Counted from the stretch's first letter, positions 50,312-60,012 are shown. The stretch is 64,000 nucleotides of DNA from SAR202 cluster bacterium (GCA_016872415.1 VGZX01000005.1:5210-69209), one strand, 5' to 3'. Made by a program: numbers and translations. Notes: generated from the sequence alone by a model not told the origin.

Positions 50312-52567
50312 ATGCCCACCATGCCTCGCCTGTCGGACAACGCGCTCACCATTCTGAAGACGCGCTACCTGCGCCACGGCGAAACGCCGGCCGACCTCTT
50401 CCGCCGCGTCGCCAGCGCCGTCGCGGCCGCCGAGGAGCGCGACCGAGAACAGTGGGCGGAGCGATTCTACGAGCTGATGGCCCAAGGCCTGTTCCTCCCC
50501 AACTCGCCGACGCTGTTCAACGCCGGCACCGGCGCGGGAACCCTCTCGGCCTGCTTCGTCATACCGATCGAGGACACTATGGAGTCGATCATGGCCGCCG
50601 CCACTACCAGCGCCATGATCCAGAAATACGGCGGAGGCGTCGGCTACTCGTTCGGCAGGCTGCGGAGCAAGGGCACCCGCATCGCGAGCACGCATGGCAA
50701 GGCATGCGGCGCCGTGGCCGTGCTCAAAATGCTCAGCGGGCTCTCCGAGATGATCACGCAGGGCGGCAAGCGCGGCGGCGCGAACATGGGCATCTTGCCC
50801 GTGTCGCACCCCGAGGTCCTCGAGTTCATCCACCTGAAGGACGACTTCGTCACCGCGCAGAACTTCAACGTCTCCGTCGCCGTCACCGACCGGTTCATGG
50901 ACGCCGTCGAGCGCGACACCGAGTGGCAGCTCGTCGATCCGCACACCCACCAGGTGGCGGACCGCCTGCCCGCCCGATCGCTCTGGCAAGCCATCGTCGA
51001 CAGCGCGTGGCGCACGGGCGACCCCGGCCTCTACTTCATCGACGAGGCTAACCGGCACAACCCAACGCCGCATCTCGGCATGCTGGAAAGCACCAACCCC
51101 TGTGGCGAGGTGCCCCTGCTGCCCTACGAAGCCTGCAACCTCGGCTCCATCGACCTCGCCCGGTTCGCGCGGCTCGGCGCTCCTACCGCCGCCGCCTTCG
51201 ATTTCGACGCCCTCGACGATGTGGTCCGCGTCGCCATCCGCTTCTTGGACGACGTGGTGAACATCAACGAATTCCCGACGCCGGAAGTGCGCGAGGCCGT
51301 CGGCAAGACTCGCAAGATCGGCCTCGGAGTCATGGGCTGGCACGACGCGCTCATCCGCCTCGGCATACCCTACGCCGACGCCAAGGCCCGCGAGCTGGCC
51401 GAGCGCGTGATGTCGCGCATCGACGCTGTCGGCGATGAAACCTCGCGGGCCCTGGCCCGCGAGCGCGGCCCCTACCCCGCGTCCGTCGGCGACCCGATGC
51501 GGAACGCGACCCGCACCTGCATCGCGCCCACCGGCAGCATCAGCGCCATCGCCGGCGCCTCCAGCGGCATCGAGCCGGTGTTCGCCCTCGCCTACGTCAA
51601 GAACGTGCTCGACGGCAAACGTCTCCGCGAGGTGAACCCCTATCTGGAGGCGGTCGCGAAGGAACGCGGGTTCTGGTCCCAAAGCCTGATGGACGAGGTC
51701 GTCCGCACCGGCAGCGTCCAGGGAATCGACACCGTTCCCGCCGACGTGAAGCGCCTGTTCGCCACCGCCATGGAGATCCCCTACGCCGCGCACGTCGCGA
51801 TGCAGGCGGTCTTCCAGCGCCACACCGGCCTCGCCGTCTCCAAGACGATCAATATGACCCACGCGGCCACCCCCCACGATGTCGAGGATGCCTACTGGCT
51901 GGCATATCGCTCCAAGTGCAAGGGCATCACCGTCTACCGCGACGCCAGCAAGCCCGCCCAGGTGCTCGAGGTTCCAGGCAGCCAGCCGGCGACGACCACC
52001 GCCGAGCGCGCCGCGCGCGTCAAGCGTGAGCGTCCCCGCAGCATCCGCGGCGTGACCGACCGCGTGCGGACCTCGCAGGGCAACGCCTACATCACCGTCA
52101 ACTTCGACGAGTCGGGCGAGCCGTTCGAGGTGTTCACTACGATCAGCAAGGCAGGCGGCAACGACCAGGCGAACCTGGAGGCCGTCTCGCGCCTCGTGTC
52201 ATTGGCCCTCCGCTCCGGCGTTCCGGCGGTCGAGATCGTTGAGCAGCTGCGCGGCATCACCAGCGAACCCGTGTGGGACAGCGGCCGCCTCATCATGTCC
52301 GCCCCCGACGCGGTCGCGCAGGTGCTGGCGGCGCACTCGCTCGGTGCAGCGACCGCTACCGGACACGCCACCGGCACCGCTTTCGCCGCGCAGCCACGCC
52401 TGCCCATGGATGGCTCGCTCGATGAGCCTCCCGACGGCGCCGCGCCAATCTTCGCCGACCCGGTGCTGCTGGCGCGGCAGCAACGCTGCCCGGACTGCGG
52501 CGGCCCCCTGGTGCTGCAAGAGGGTTGTATCGCATGCTCCTCCTGCGGCTTGAACAAGTGCGGCTGA
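50312..52567 (+). CDS. nrdJ: adenosylcobalamin-dependent (class II) ribonucleotide reductase
   Basis: FLPNSPTLFNAG, LSACFV, GGGVGYSFGRLR, TNPCGEVPL and a C-terminal zinc motif CPDCGGPLVLQEGCIACSSCG. Confidence 0.92.
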   Translation: MPTMPRLSDNALTILKTRYLRHGETPADLFRRVASAVAAAEERDREQWAERFYELMAQGLFLPNSPTLFNAGTGAGTLSACFVIPIEDTMESIMAAATTSAMIQKYGGGVGYSFGRLRSKGTRIASTHGKACGAVAVLKMLSGLSEMITQGGKRGGANMGILPVSHPEVLEFIHLKDDFVTAQNFNVSVAVTDRFMDAVERDTEWQLVDPHTHQVADRLPARSLWQAIVDSAWRTGDPGLYFIDEANRHNPTPHLGMLESTNPCGEVPLLPYEACNLGSIDLARFARLGAPTAAAFDFDALDDVVRVAIRFLDDVVNINEFPTPEVREAVGKTRKIGLGVMGWHDALIRLGIPYADAKARELAERVMSRIDAVGDETSRALARERGPYPASVGDPMRNATRTCIAPTGSISAIAGASSGIEPVFALAYVKNVLDGKRLREVNPYLEAVAKERGFWSQSLMDEVVRTGSVQGIDTVPADVKRLFATAMEIPYAAHVAMQAVFQRHTGLAVSKTINMTHAATPHDVEDAYWLAYRSKCKGITVYRDASKPAQVLEVPGSQPATTTAERAARVKRERPRSIRGVTDRVRTSQGNAYITVNFDESGEPFEVFTTISKAGGNDQANLEAVSRLVSLALRSGVPAVEIVEQLRGITSEPVWDSGRLIMSAPDAVAQVLAAHSLGAATATGHATGTAFAAQPRLPMDGSLDEPPDGAAPIFADPVLLARQQRCPDCGGPLVLQEGCIACSSCGLNKCG

Positions 52568-52668
52568 CCGCCTGAAACCACGCCCGCGGCCCAGCCCAAT
52601 CGCCCGGCCGGCTCCACTCGGCCGAGCGGCCATGCCATCGCGGCATGCACCCACGCAAGGAGGCACTC

Positions 52669-53094
52669 ATGGAAGCGTCAGCGTTCCGTTGGCTGTTGGA
52701 TGTCGACCTGCCCCATGTGGCCTCCGACGACCTTGACGCCCTGCACGTTCAGGACTTCGACCGGCTGCCGGGACACGCGGGGCTGACGGAGGCGAAATCG
52801 CTGGGACGGACGCTCGTCACCGCCAACCTCGACTTCGCTGGCGCCTGGCAAATACCGGGCAACCATCCCGGCGTCGTGATGTTCGAGGCCCCACCGCACG
52901 ATCGCGAATCCCTGGAACGGAACCTGCACCACGTCCAGTTCCGCCTCCGCCAATACGGCCGAAGCCTCACGCTGGCGGGCAACCGTTTCCTCGTCAAGAC
53001 CGACTGCACCATGGAGCAATTGCTGCCGGATGGCCGGCAGGTGCGGTTGGAACCGTGGCGAACCGTCCGGGCCCCCGTCCTCGCGGCAACGTAA
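52669..53094 (+). CDS. DUF5615-like (PIN-like) domain protein with an extra C-terminal region, no adjacent DUF433 partner
   Basis: GGAGG RBS. MEASAFRWLLDVDLPHVASDDL..GRTLVTANLDFAG..HPGVVMF follows the DUF5615 pattern (fLlDenLP..vlTkDkDF..GvI). Confidence 0.55.
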   Translation: MEASAFRWLLDVDLPHVASDDLDALHVQDFDRLPGHAGLTEAKSLGRTLVTANLDFAGAWQIPGNHPGVVMFEAPPHDRESLERNLHHVQFRLRQYGRSLTLAGNRFLVKTDCTMEQLLPDGRQVRLEPWRTVRAPVLAAT

Positions 53095-53105
53095 CCACGC
53101 CAATT

Positions 53106-53222
53106 CCGGGGCGTTCCTCCCCAGAACGTCCCACTTCCCTCCTCCGCAGGCCCCCCCGACGCGCCACGGGAGTGGGCCAACCGGGCCCCGCTGGTTTCCC
53201 CACCACGGGGCCCACCCTTTTT
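53106..53222 (+). repeat. pyrimidine-rich intergenic element, copy B, ending in an intrinsic terminator
   Basis: Blocks ttcctcccc and tcccacttccctcctccg, gcgccacgggagtgggccaa, stem GGGCCCCG 53173-53180 / CGGGGCCC 53196-53203, then ACCCTTTTTAACCC. It abuts the stop codon of the convergent MFS gene. Confidence 0.6.
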
Positions 53223-54537
53223 AACCCACCGGCGACACGGCCGCCGCCGGCCGCCGTTTCACCGGGGTTGGGACCAGGTAAACCATCGCCATCGAAAGGG
53301 CGGTCAGCGCGATGAACAGCAGAAACACGTTGCGGTAGCTGCCGAAGAAATCGAAGAAGAACCCGGCCAGCACGGTGCCGCTGCCCTGGGCCACCGCTTG
53401 AAACGGCACCGCGATGCCAAGAATCGTCCCCGCCGACGCTCGCCCAAAGTAGCTGGCGTAAATCGTCCGCTGCACCATGCCGAAGCCGCCATAGCCAATG
53501 CCCATCGCGATGCCCAGCGGAATCACCATCCACGCGCTATAGGCGAACATCGCCAACACCGTGAACAGCAGCACCACCGACGCCGCGCCAACGAGCACCA
53601 GGCGAGCCTGATACCGGTCCAGCAGCCAGCCCCATATCGGGCTCGACGGAATCATGGTCACGCCGGCGACGCTGAACGTGAGCGCCGCGACCGTGGCGCC
53701 CACGCCCCGGTCCGTTAGGAGCGGCACCAAGTGGACCGCGAGCCCCAAATTGCCGAGCGCGATGGTGCAGAGCCCCATCACCAGCACCCAAAAGGTGCGC
53801 GTTCGCACCGCCTCGCGCGCCGTCCATTGCACCTCCGTCGCCGCGGTGCGCTCGCCCGGCCGCGCCCGCGGCGGTGGCGCGCCATCGCGCTCGCCATCGA
53901 TCGCCTGGCCCACGTCGCCCGGCGCGCGCCGCAAGAACAGCACCGCCGCCGGCACCGCCATCACGAATGTCGCGATGCCGAGCGCCCGCCATCCCATGCG
54001 CCAGCCCGCCTGGTCCAGCACGAGCGCGCCCACGGCCGGCATCGCCACGAACCCCAGCCCCAGCAGCAGGTTGACGATGCCCATTGCCCGCCCGCGCTTG
54101 CGGACGAACCACTGGGCGATCACCGCGTTGATGCTGACCCGGGCGATGCCCGCGTTCACCGCGAAGGCGAAGCCCGCCAGCGCGTAGAACGCCGGCAGCG
54201 AGTTCACGGACCCCACCAGCGCCAAGCAGAACGCGACCAAAGTGCCACCGATGCTCAACACCGGCCGCGCGCCGTAACGGTCGATCAGCCGCCCCGCCAG
54301 CGGCGCCGCCGGAATCACCATGAACGTCCCGAACAGCACCGCGGCCGACAGCTCCGTCCTCGTCCAGCCGAATTCGTTCGCCATCGGCGTGAAGAAAATG
54401 CCCACCATCACCGGGCTCTCCGCCACGCCTGCGAACGAGATGAGGCCGGTGACCGTCGCGATCACCCACCCATAGTAGAAGGGCAGCCGCCTCGCGGCCG
54501 GTCGTGCGAGTGACAGCATCCGCCGGCTCCTCACCAC
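53221..54537 (-). CDS. MFS transporter (12 TM, oxalate/formate antiporter-like architecture)
   Basis: 438 aa, hydrophobic throughout. FYYGWVIATV N-terminus like the 32093 MFS, and a GRLIDRYGARP motif. Confidence 0.85.
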   Translation of the reverse strand: MVRSRRMLSLARPAARRLPFYYGWVIATVTGLISFAGVAESPVMVGIFFTPMANEFGWTRTELSAAVLFGTFMVIPAAPLAGRLIDRYGARPVLSIGGTLVAFCLALVGSVNSLPAFYALAGFAFAVNAGIARVSINAVIAQWFVRKRGRAMGIVNLLLGLGFVAMPAVGALVLDQAGWRMGWRALGIATFVMAVPAAVLFLRRAPGDVGQAIDGERDGAPPPRARPGERTAATEVQWTAREAVRTRTFWVLVMGLCTIALGNLGLAVHLVPLLTDRGVGATVAALTFSVAGVTMIPSSPIWGWLLDRYQARLVLVGAASVVLLFTVLAMFAYSAWMVIPLGIAMGIGYGGFGMVQRTIYASYFGRASAGTILGIAVPFQAVAQGSGTVLAGFFFDFFGSYRNVFLLFIALTALSMAMVYLVPTPVKRRPAAAVSPVG

Positions 54538-54625
54538 GATCTTCGTCGAACGATAACAAGCGCGACCCCCAAGTCAAGGATTGGCCCATCCCGGCCCCCG
54601 GCGGGCATAGCGGTCCGCCTCCGGC

Positions 54626-54631
54626 TATACT
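54626..54631 (+). promoter_or_regulatory. TATACT -10 box 6 nt upstream of the pdxA-family ATG (leaderless-type spacing)
   Basis: ggcTATACTgctcgcATG has the same geometry as 32081-32095. No SD sequence is present. Confidence 0.4.
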
Positions 54632-54637
54632 GCTCGC

Positions 54638-55642
54638 ATGGCGCATCAAGCGACGCTCGCGATCACGCTCGGCGACCCCGTCGGCATCGGCCCCGAAGTC
54701 ACGGCCAAGGCCCTGGCGAAGCCGGAGTTGCGCTCCATCGCCCGGCCGCTCGTCATCGGCAGTACGCCCGTGCTGCAGCGGGCCATCGACCTCGTCGGCG
54801 CGTCGCTCACCGCCCGCGCCGTCGCCTCGGCCACGGAGCCCGTCGGTGACGACGAGGTCGCCGTGCTCGACGACGACCTCGCCGAACGCCTCCTCCATTT
54901 GCCGCTCGGCCGCATCGCCGAGGATGCGGGCCGCGTCAGCGTGGAGTGGGTGCTGCGCGCCGCGCGCCTCGCCATCGACGGGCAGGTCGACGCCATCGTC
55001 ACCGCCCCCATCAACAAAGCCGCCGCGCACCTCGCCGGCTACACGGATGTTGGGCACATGGAGCTGTTCCAGTCGCTCACCAAGTCGCCCAACGTCGCCA
55101 CCATGCTGCTCACGCCGGGCCTGCGCGTCGTGCACCTCACCACGCACCGCTCGCTCCGCGTCGCCTGCGACTATGTGACCACCCAGAATGTGCTCGCCAA
55201 GCTCCGCCTCACGCACGGCTTTTTCACCCGTTACGGCTTCCCCATGCCGCGCATCGGCGTCGCCGCGCTCAATCCCCACGGAGGCGAGGAAGGACTCCTG
55301 GGCCGCGAGGAGATCGACCAGATCGCGCCCGCGGTCGAGGCGGCGCGCGATCTCGGCATGGACGTGACCGGCCCCATCCCCGCCGACAGCGTTTTCAACC
55401 AGGCGATTCATGGCAAGTACGACGTCGTGCTCGCCATGTACCACGACCAAGGCCACATCGCCATCAAGGTACACGGCTGGGAGGAGAGCATCACGCTCAA
55501 CCTTGGCCTGCCGTTCCTCCGCACCTCCGTCGACCACGGCACGGCGTTCGACATCGCCGGAAAGGGCATCGCCGACGCCACCGGCATGGAGGTTGCCATC
55601 CGCGTCGCCGCATCGCTCGCGGGCATGGGCAAACTGCCGTAG
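54638..55642 (+). CDS. pdxA: PdxA-family 4-hydroxythreonine-4-phosphate dehydrogenase-like oxidoreductase
   Basis: LAITLGDPVGIGPEV, IVTAPINK, GHMELF, AALNPHGGE, MYHDQGHIA and TSVDHGTAFDIAGKG. Confidence 0.88.
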   Translation: MAHQATLAITLGDPVGIGPEVTAKALAKPELRSIARPLVIGSTPVLQRAIDLVGASLTARAVASATEPVGDDEVAVLDDDLAERLLHLPLGRIAEDAGRVSVEWVLRAARLAIDGQVDAIVTAPINKAAAHLAGYTDVGHMELFQSLTKSPNVATMLLTPGLRVVHLTTHRSLRVACDYVTTQNVLAKLRLTHGFFTRYGFPMPRIGVAALNPHGGEEGLLGREEIDQIAPAVEAARDLGMDVTGPIPADSVFNQAIHGKYDVVLAMYHDQGHIAIKVHGWEESITLNLGLPFLRTSVDHGTAFDIAGKGIADATGMEVAIRVAASLAGMGKLP

Positions 55643-55704
55643 GCCTCTGCTATACTTCCTGATCGTGGCCTTGCGCGCGGCAGCGCCGCCACCAGGAGCT
55701 GTTT

Positions 55705-56514
55705 GTGCGTATCGCCTTCATCGGCGGCGGCGTGATGGCGGAAGCCATCCTGAGCCGTGCCATCGCCCAGAACGTCACGGTCGCCGCCGATGTCGTCGTG
55801 TCCGAGCCGGTCGAGGCGCGCCGCGCGCAGCTCGCGCAACGCCACGCCGTCACCGTCGCCGCCTCCAACCGCGATGCCGCCCGCGACGCCTCACTCGTGG
55901 TGCTGGCCGTGAAGCCGCAGCACATTTCCCACGTCTATCACGACCTCGGCGACCAGCTCTCCTCGGCCCAAACGGTGCTCTCCATCGTGGCCGGCGTCGG
56001 CATCGCCAAACTCTCGGCCGGCCTCAACCACCCGCTCATCGCCCGCGCCATGCCCAACACCCCCGCCCAAGTCGGCGCCGGCGTTACTGTGTGGACCGTC
56101 TCCGAAAGCGTCCCGGCTGAAAGCCGCAACGTCATCGCGTCTCTGCTCGGCTCCATCGGCCGCGAGATATTCGTCAGCGACGAGGTATACCTCGACATGG
56201 CGACCGCCGTCTCCGGCAGCGGCCCCGCCTATGTGTTCCTCTTCATGGAGGCGATGACCGAGGCCGGGGTGCATGCCGGCCTGCCGCGCGACATCGCCTA
56301 CTCTCTCGTGCTCGACACCGTGCTCGGCTCGGCGCAGCTCGCCAAGGAGAGCGGGCGGCATCCGGGGTTGCTGCGCGAGATGGTCACCTCTCCGGGCGGC
56401 ACCACCGCGGAGGCGTTGCGTGCCCTGGAGCGTGGCGGCTTCCGCTCGGCGCTCCAAGAAGCGGTCGCCGCCGCCCACCGCAAAGCCCAAGCCCTTGGCG
56501 GAGGCTCCGCGTGA
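55705..56514 (+). CDS. proC: pyrroline-5-carboxylate reductase
   Basis: GTG start after AGGAG. IAFIGGGVMAEAI, VLAVKPQ, RAMPNTPAQVG and VTSPGGTTAEAL. Confidence 0.92.
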   Translation: MRIAFIGGGVMAEAILSRAIAQNVTVAADVVVSEPVEARRAQLAQRHAVTVAASNRDAARDASLVVLAVKPQHISHVYHDLGDQLSSAQTVLSIVAGVGIAKLSAGLNHPLIARAMPNTPAQVGAGVTVWTVSESVPAESRNVIASLLGSIGREIFVSDEVYLDMATAVSGSGPAYVFLFMEAMTEAGVHAGLPRDIAYSLVLDTVLGSAQLAKESGRHPGLLREMVTSPGGTTAEALRALERGGFRSALQEAVAAAHRKAQALGGGSA

Positions 56515-56780
56515 ACGACCTGTTCAAGACCCTGCTGCTCGCGCTCGTCCAGGTGCTCTACTACGCCATCCTCGCCCGCGTGCTCATCTCTTGGCTGGTG
56601 ATCGCCGGCCTTCGCAACGATTTCCTGTTCCGCCTGGACCAAGTGCTCGGCACGTTCAGCGACCCCATCATGCGCCCGCTGCGCCGTATCATCCCCCCCC
56701 TCGGCATGATCGACATCACGCCGCTGGTCGCCATCATCCTGCTCGTCGTCATCCGCGAGGCCATCGCCCGCACGCTCTAG
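56511..56780 (+). CDS. yggT: YggT-family membrane protein
   Basis: 89 aa. ILARVLISW..DPIMRPLRRIIPPLGMIDITPLVAIILL. GTGA overlap with proC. Confidence 0.85.
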   Translation: MNDLFKTLLLALVQVLYYAILARVLISWLVIAGLRNDFLFRLDQVLGTFSDPIMRPLRRIIPPLGMIDITPLVAIILLVVIREAIARTL

Positions 56781-57043
56781 GCGCCGCGCAGCCGCCGCAA
56801 CGCCTCCTCCTTCTCCAGCGGCACCTCCACCTGCTTCACCCGCGCGGCGCGCCCCCGCACGACGCGCACGTCGCGCCTCGCCACGCCCAAGGCGTCGGCC
56901 AGCAACGACTCCACCGCCGCGTTGGCCGCCCCGTCGCTCGGCGCCGCCGTCACCTGAACCTTGATTGCTTCACCCTCGTCGATTACGACCGTATTTCGGT
57001 TGGCCTTTGGTCGAACCACGATTGTCAAACGGGACAGAGCCAT
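56777..57043 (-). CDS. DUF167 (YggU-like) protein
   Basis: 88 aa, GGAGG RBS. LTIVVRPKANRNTVV..IKVQVTAAPSDGAANAAVESLLADALGV. Convergent with yggT and overlapping it by 4 nt. The longer track ORF is rejected. Confidence 0.8.
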   Translation of the reverse strand: MALSRLTIVVRPKANRNTVVIDEGEAIKVQVTAAPSDGAANAAVESLLADALGVARRDVRVVRGRAARVKQVEVPLEKEEALRRLRGA

Positions 57044-57166
57044 CCGGCCTCCGACCGCGTACAGATAGGTGAGCGACCAATTCGTCAGGATTCTTGCCCT
57101 TGACGGCGGGTTCGGCCATCCAAATAAGATGGCTTGTACCTGGGCCGCCGGGAAGGAGGTGGGCTC

Positions 57167-57499
57167 GTGTATCAGAAGGAACTGCTCAGAGGTAGCACGG
57201 AGACCCTCCTGCTGGCCGTCGTGGCCGAAAAGCCCATGTACGGCTACCAGCTCGTCAAGGAGATCCAGCGCCGCAGCAACGGCTACTTCCAATTCAAGGA
57301 AGGCACGCTTTATCCGGCGCTGCACCGCTTGGAGAACGCGGGTCTCATCTTCGGCGCCTGGGCATCCGCCACCAGCGGCCAGCCGCGACGCTACTACAGC
57401 ATCACCGAAGCCGGCCTGCGGCACCTGTCAACCAAGTCCGAGGAGTGGCGCTCGTTCGCGCACGCCGTCCATAGCGTGCTCCAACCCGCCACCGGCTAG
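57167..57499 (+). CDS. PadR-family transcriptional regulator
   Basis: GTG at 57167, 6 nt after GGAGGTG. LLLAVVAEKPMYGYQLVKEI..FKEGTLYPALHRLENAGLI..RRYYSITEAG. Confidence 0.88.
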   Translation: MYQKELLRGSTETLLLAVVAEKPMYGYQLVKEIQRRSNGYFQFKEGTLYPALHRLENAGLIFGAWASATSGQPRRYYSITEAGLRHLSTKSEEWRSFAHAVHSVLQPATG

Positions 57500-57511
57500 C
57501 GCCGAGGAGCA

Positions 57512-58498
57512 GTGATGCTCGATATTCCAGAGTACGTCAGCTTCCTAGAGCAGCGCCTGCGGATCGAACCTCAGAAACGGTCCGAGGTGCTCTCGGAAGT
57601 GTGGTCGCACGTCATGGAACGCGCCGGCGAGCTCCGCCAGTTCGGCTTACCGCCCGAAGTGGCCGACCAGCACGCCATCCGCGACTTCGGCGACCCCAAG
57701 TCCATCGCCGACCAGTTCTATGCCGCCCACTCCACCGGCAACGCCACCAGCATCCTGCTCGCCATGGCTCCGCACCTCATCCTCGCGGCCATCTTCGTCC
57801 TCCACCTGTGGACCGACTATTTCTGGGTCGCCGCCGCGTTGGCGGTCGCCACGCTCTTCACCGTGGGCGCCTGGCGACGCGGCCTCCCCCTGTGGACCTA
57901 CCCCTGGGTGGGCTACGCCGTGCTGCTTCCGGCCCTCACCATGCTGCTCGCCTTCGCCCTCATCGGCTATGGCCTCATCCAGCACATCCAATACCGTTCC
58001 GCGCCGTTGACGTGGTGGTCATACGCCCTCATGGCCCTGTGGATACCCATCGCCACCGCCATCACCGTCATGGCCGTGCGTCGCGCCGTCCGCCACGACT
58101 GGATCGTCGTCTCCTTCGCGGCGCTGCCGGTGCCATTCCTCACCCTTTGGTTTTTCGCCCTACACTGGCATGGCGGCGTGCTCGTCCCCAACCTCATCCG
58201 CACCACCGAGGTCGATTCCGCCACCTCCTCCATCTTCCTCGCGCTCGCCGTCACCACGGCCCTGTTCATGCGCGTCGGCCATCGGCTGTGGCGCGTCGTC
58301 ATCCTGGCCGTGCCGTCCCCGGTGCTGGCGGTCGTGGCGTTCGTGTTCTACGCACAGTCGGTCGCCAACTTCGACATATTCGTCGCTTTCACGTTCAGCG
58401 CCGGGTTCCTGCTCAGCCCCAGCCTCTTCGACCGCATGGTGCGGAGGGCCATCCCTCGTTACCTCAGCCGGCTCACCTACCCCACGGCGCCCCTATAG
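57512..58498 (+). CDS. PadR-associated multi-TM membrane protein (N-terminal soluble helix region plus about 8 TM)
   Basis: MMLDIPEYVSFLEQRLRIEPQKRSEVLSEVWSHVMERAGE.. resembles the N-terminal domain of membrane partners commonly encoded after PadR. The start could instead be ATG 57515. Confidence 0.7.
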   Translation: MMLDIPEYVSFLEQRLRIEPQKRSEVLSEVWSHVMERAGELRQFGLPPEVADQHAIRDFGDPKSIADQFYAAHSTGNATSILLAMAPHLILAAIFVLHLWTDYFWVAAALAVATLFTVGAWRRGLPLWTYPWVGYAVLLPALTMLLAFALIGYGLIQHIQYRSAPLTWWSYALMALWIPIATAITVMAVRRAVRHDWIVVSFAALPVPFLTLWFFALHWHGGVLVPNLIRTTEVDSATSSIFLALAVTTALFMRVGHRLWRVVILAVPSPVLAVVAFVFYAQSVANFDIFVAFTFSAGFLLSPSLFDRMVRRAIPRYLSRLTYPTAPL

Positions 58499-58500
58499 CC

Positions 58501-59367
58501 GTGCCCGGCCACGCGACCGCCGTCGTCGCCGACAGCACCGTCTGTCTGCCGCCGTCGCTCACGCGGGGGTTGCCGCTGTTCATCGCCCCGTTAGAGATAC
58601 ACCATGCCGGCCGTGTGCTCCGCGACGGCATCGACATAACGCCCGATGGGTTCTACGACCTGCTGAAGTCCGCCGAGGGCGCCCTGCCGCGAACCTCGGC
58701 GCCGCCCCCCGGCGCCTACCTGAGCGCCTTCCAGCAAGCCTCGCGAGTCGCCCGCGATATCGTCTGCCTCACCGTGTCGGCCAAGCTCAGCTCCTCGCAC
58801 GCCGCCGCGCTCACCGCCGCGCGCGAGGCCGGCGCCTCGATGCCCGACCTCCGCATCCAGGTGGTCGACTCAGGCACGGCCGGCGCCGCCGAAGGCCTCA
58901 TCGCCCTACAGGCCGCCCGCCAAGCAGCCGCCGGAGCGGCCGGCGCCGCCGTCCTCGCATGCGCCCGCGCCGCGGTCTCGGAGGTATGGCTGCTCGGCTA
59001 TCTCGAAACGCTCTACTACATCTGGAAGGGCGGCCGCGTGCCGCGCGTCGCCATGTGGATGGGCCGCCTGCTCGACGTGAAGCCCGTGCTGGAGCTCACC
59101 GAGGGGAAGGTCGGCATGGTGGAGCGTCCGCGCTCGCGACGACGCGCCATCGACCGTCTCGTCGCCATGTCGTCCGCTCGGCTGCGCGGCCGTCGCGCGC
59201 GGGTCGCCGTCATGCACGCCGCCGCGCCGGAGCCCGCCGCCGAGCTCGCCGGCCGCATCAGCCGTGAGCTCTCGCCCATCGAGCTGTTCACCACCGAAAT
59301 GACGCCGGTCATCGGGGCGCACACCGGCACCGGCCTCGTCGCCTGCGCCCTGCTCCCGGAGGCCTAA
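58501..59367 (+). CDS. DegV-family fatty-acid-binding protein
   Basis: GTG at 58501. AVVADSTVCLPP, PRTSAPPPGAYLSAF, VCLTVSAKLSSS and TPVIGAHTGTGLV. Confidence 0.8.
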   Translation: MPGHATAVVADSTVCLPPSLTRGLPLFIAPLEIHHAGRVLRDGIDITPDGFYDLLKSAEGALPRTSAPPPGAYLSAFQQASRVARDIVCLTVSAKLSSSHAAALTAAREAGASMPDLRIQVVDSGTAGAAEGLIALQAARQAAAGAAGAAVLACARAAVSEVWLLGYLETLYYIWKGGRVPRVAMWMGRLLDVKPVLELTEGKVGMVERPRSRRRAIDRLVAMSSARLRGRRARVAVMHAAAPEPAAELAGRISRELSPIELFTTEMTPVIGAHTGTGLVACALLPEA

Positions 59368-59418
59368 CCGACGCCCGGGTTGCCCGGTCCCGCCCGGCTC
59401 GGTATCTTATCGCCCACC

Positions 59419-60012
59419 ATGCGCGAACCTTCGACGGCCGCCGCTCCGGCCCCGCGGAACGCCCTCCCCAGGGAAGATTTGTTCGCGCATCGCCTGCTCG
59501 CCTACCTCATCGACTTCGCGGTCGCTCCCTACTGCATCGTCACCGCGTTGGCGGCGCTGCTCGCGCTGCCCTATTCCTTCTCCGGCACGGTGGTCGCCAC
59601 GGCCTACTTCGGCCCGCTCGTCCTCGTCCCCCTGTTCTCGTTCTCCGTTAGCGCGGCCACCCTCGCGCTGCACTCCGTCGCCTTAATCGGCTATTTCGCG
59701 TACCAGGGAGCCATGTTCCACTACTCGGGTCAGACCGTCGGCAAGCGGATTCTCGGCATCCGCGTCGTAGACGGCGGGACATCGCGCCAAGCGGGCCTGA
59801 CCCGGGGCTTCGTCGTCCGCGAGTTGGTGCGGCGCATGATGTGGCTGTTGCCGTTCATGTCAATAGTCGACACCGCCGTCATATGGTTGCGCTCCGACAA
59901 GCGGACGCTGCATGACGTTATCGTCGATACCGACGTCGTGCGGGCCGCGCCAGGGTCCCGCAACCCCTTCAACCCCACCTCGCGCCCGCCGCCCGAGAAG
60001 ACGCTATCCTAG
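59419..60012 (+). CDS. RDD-family membrane protein
   Basis: AHRLLAYLIDFAV..GQTVGKRILGIRVV..RTLHDVIVDTDVV. Confidence 0.8.
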   Translation: MREPSTAAAPAPRNALPREDLFAHRLLAYLIDFAVAPYCIVTALAALLALPYSFSGTVVATAYFGPLVLVPLFSFSVSAATLALHSVALIGYFAYQGAMFHYSGQTVGKRILGIRVVDGGTSRQAGLTRGFVVRELVRRMMWLLPFMSIVDTAVIWLRSDKRTLHDVIVDTDVVRAAPGSRNPFNPTSRPPPEKTLS

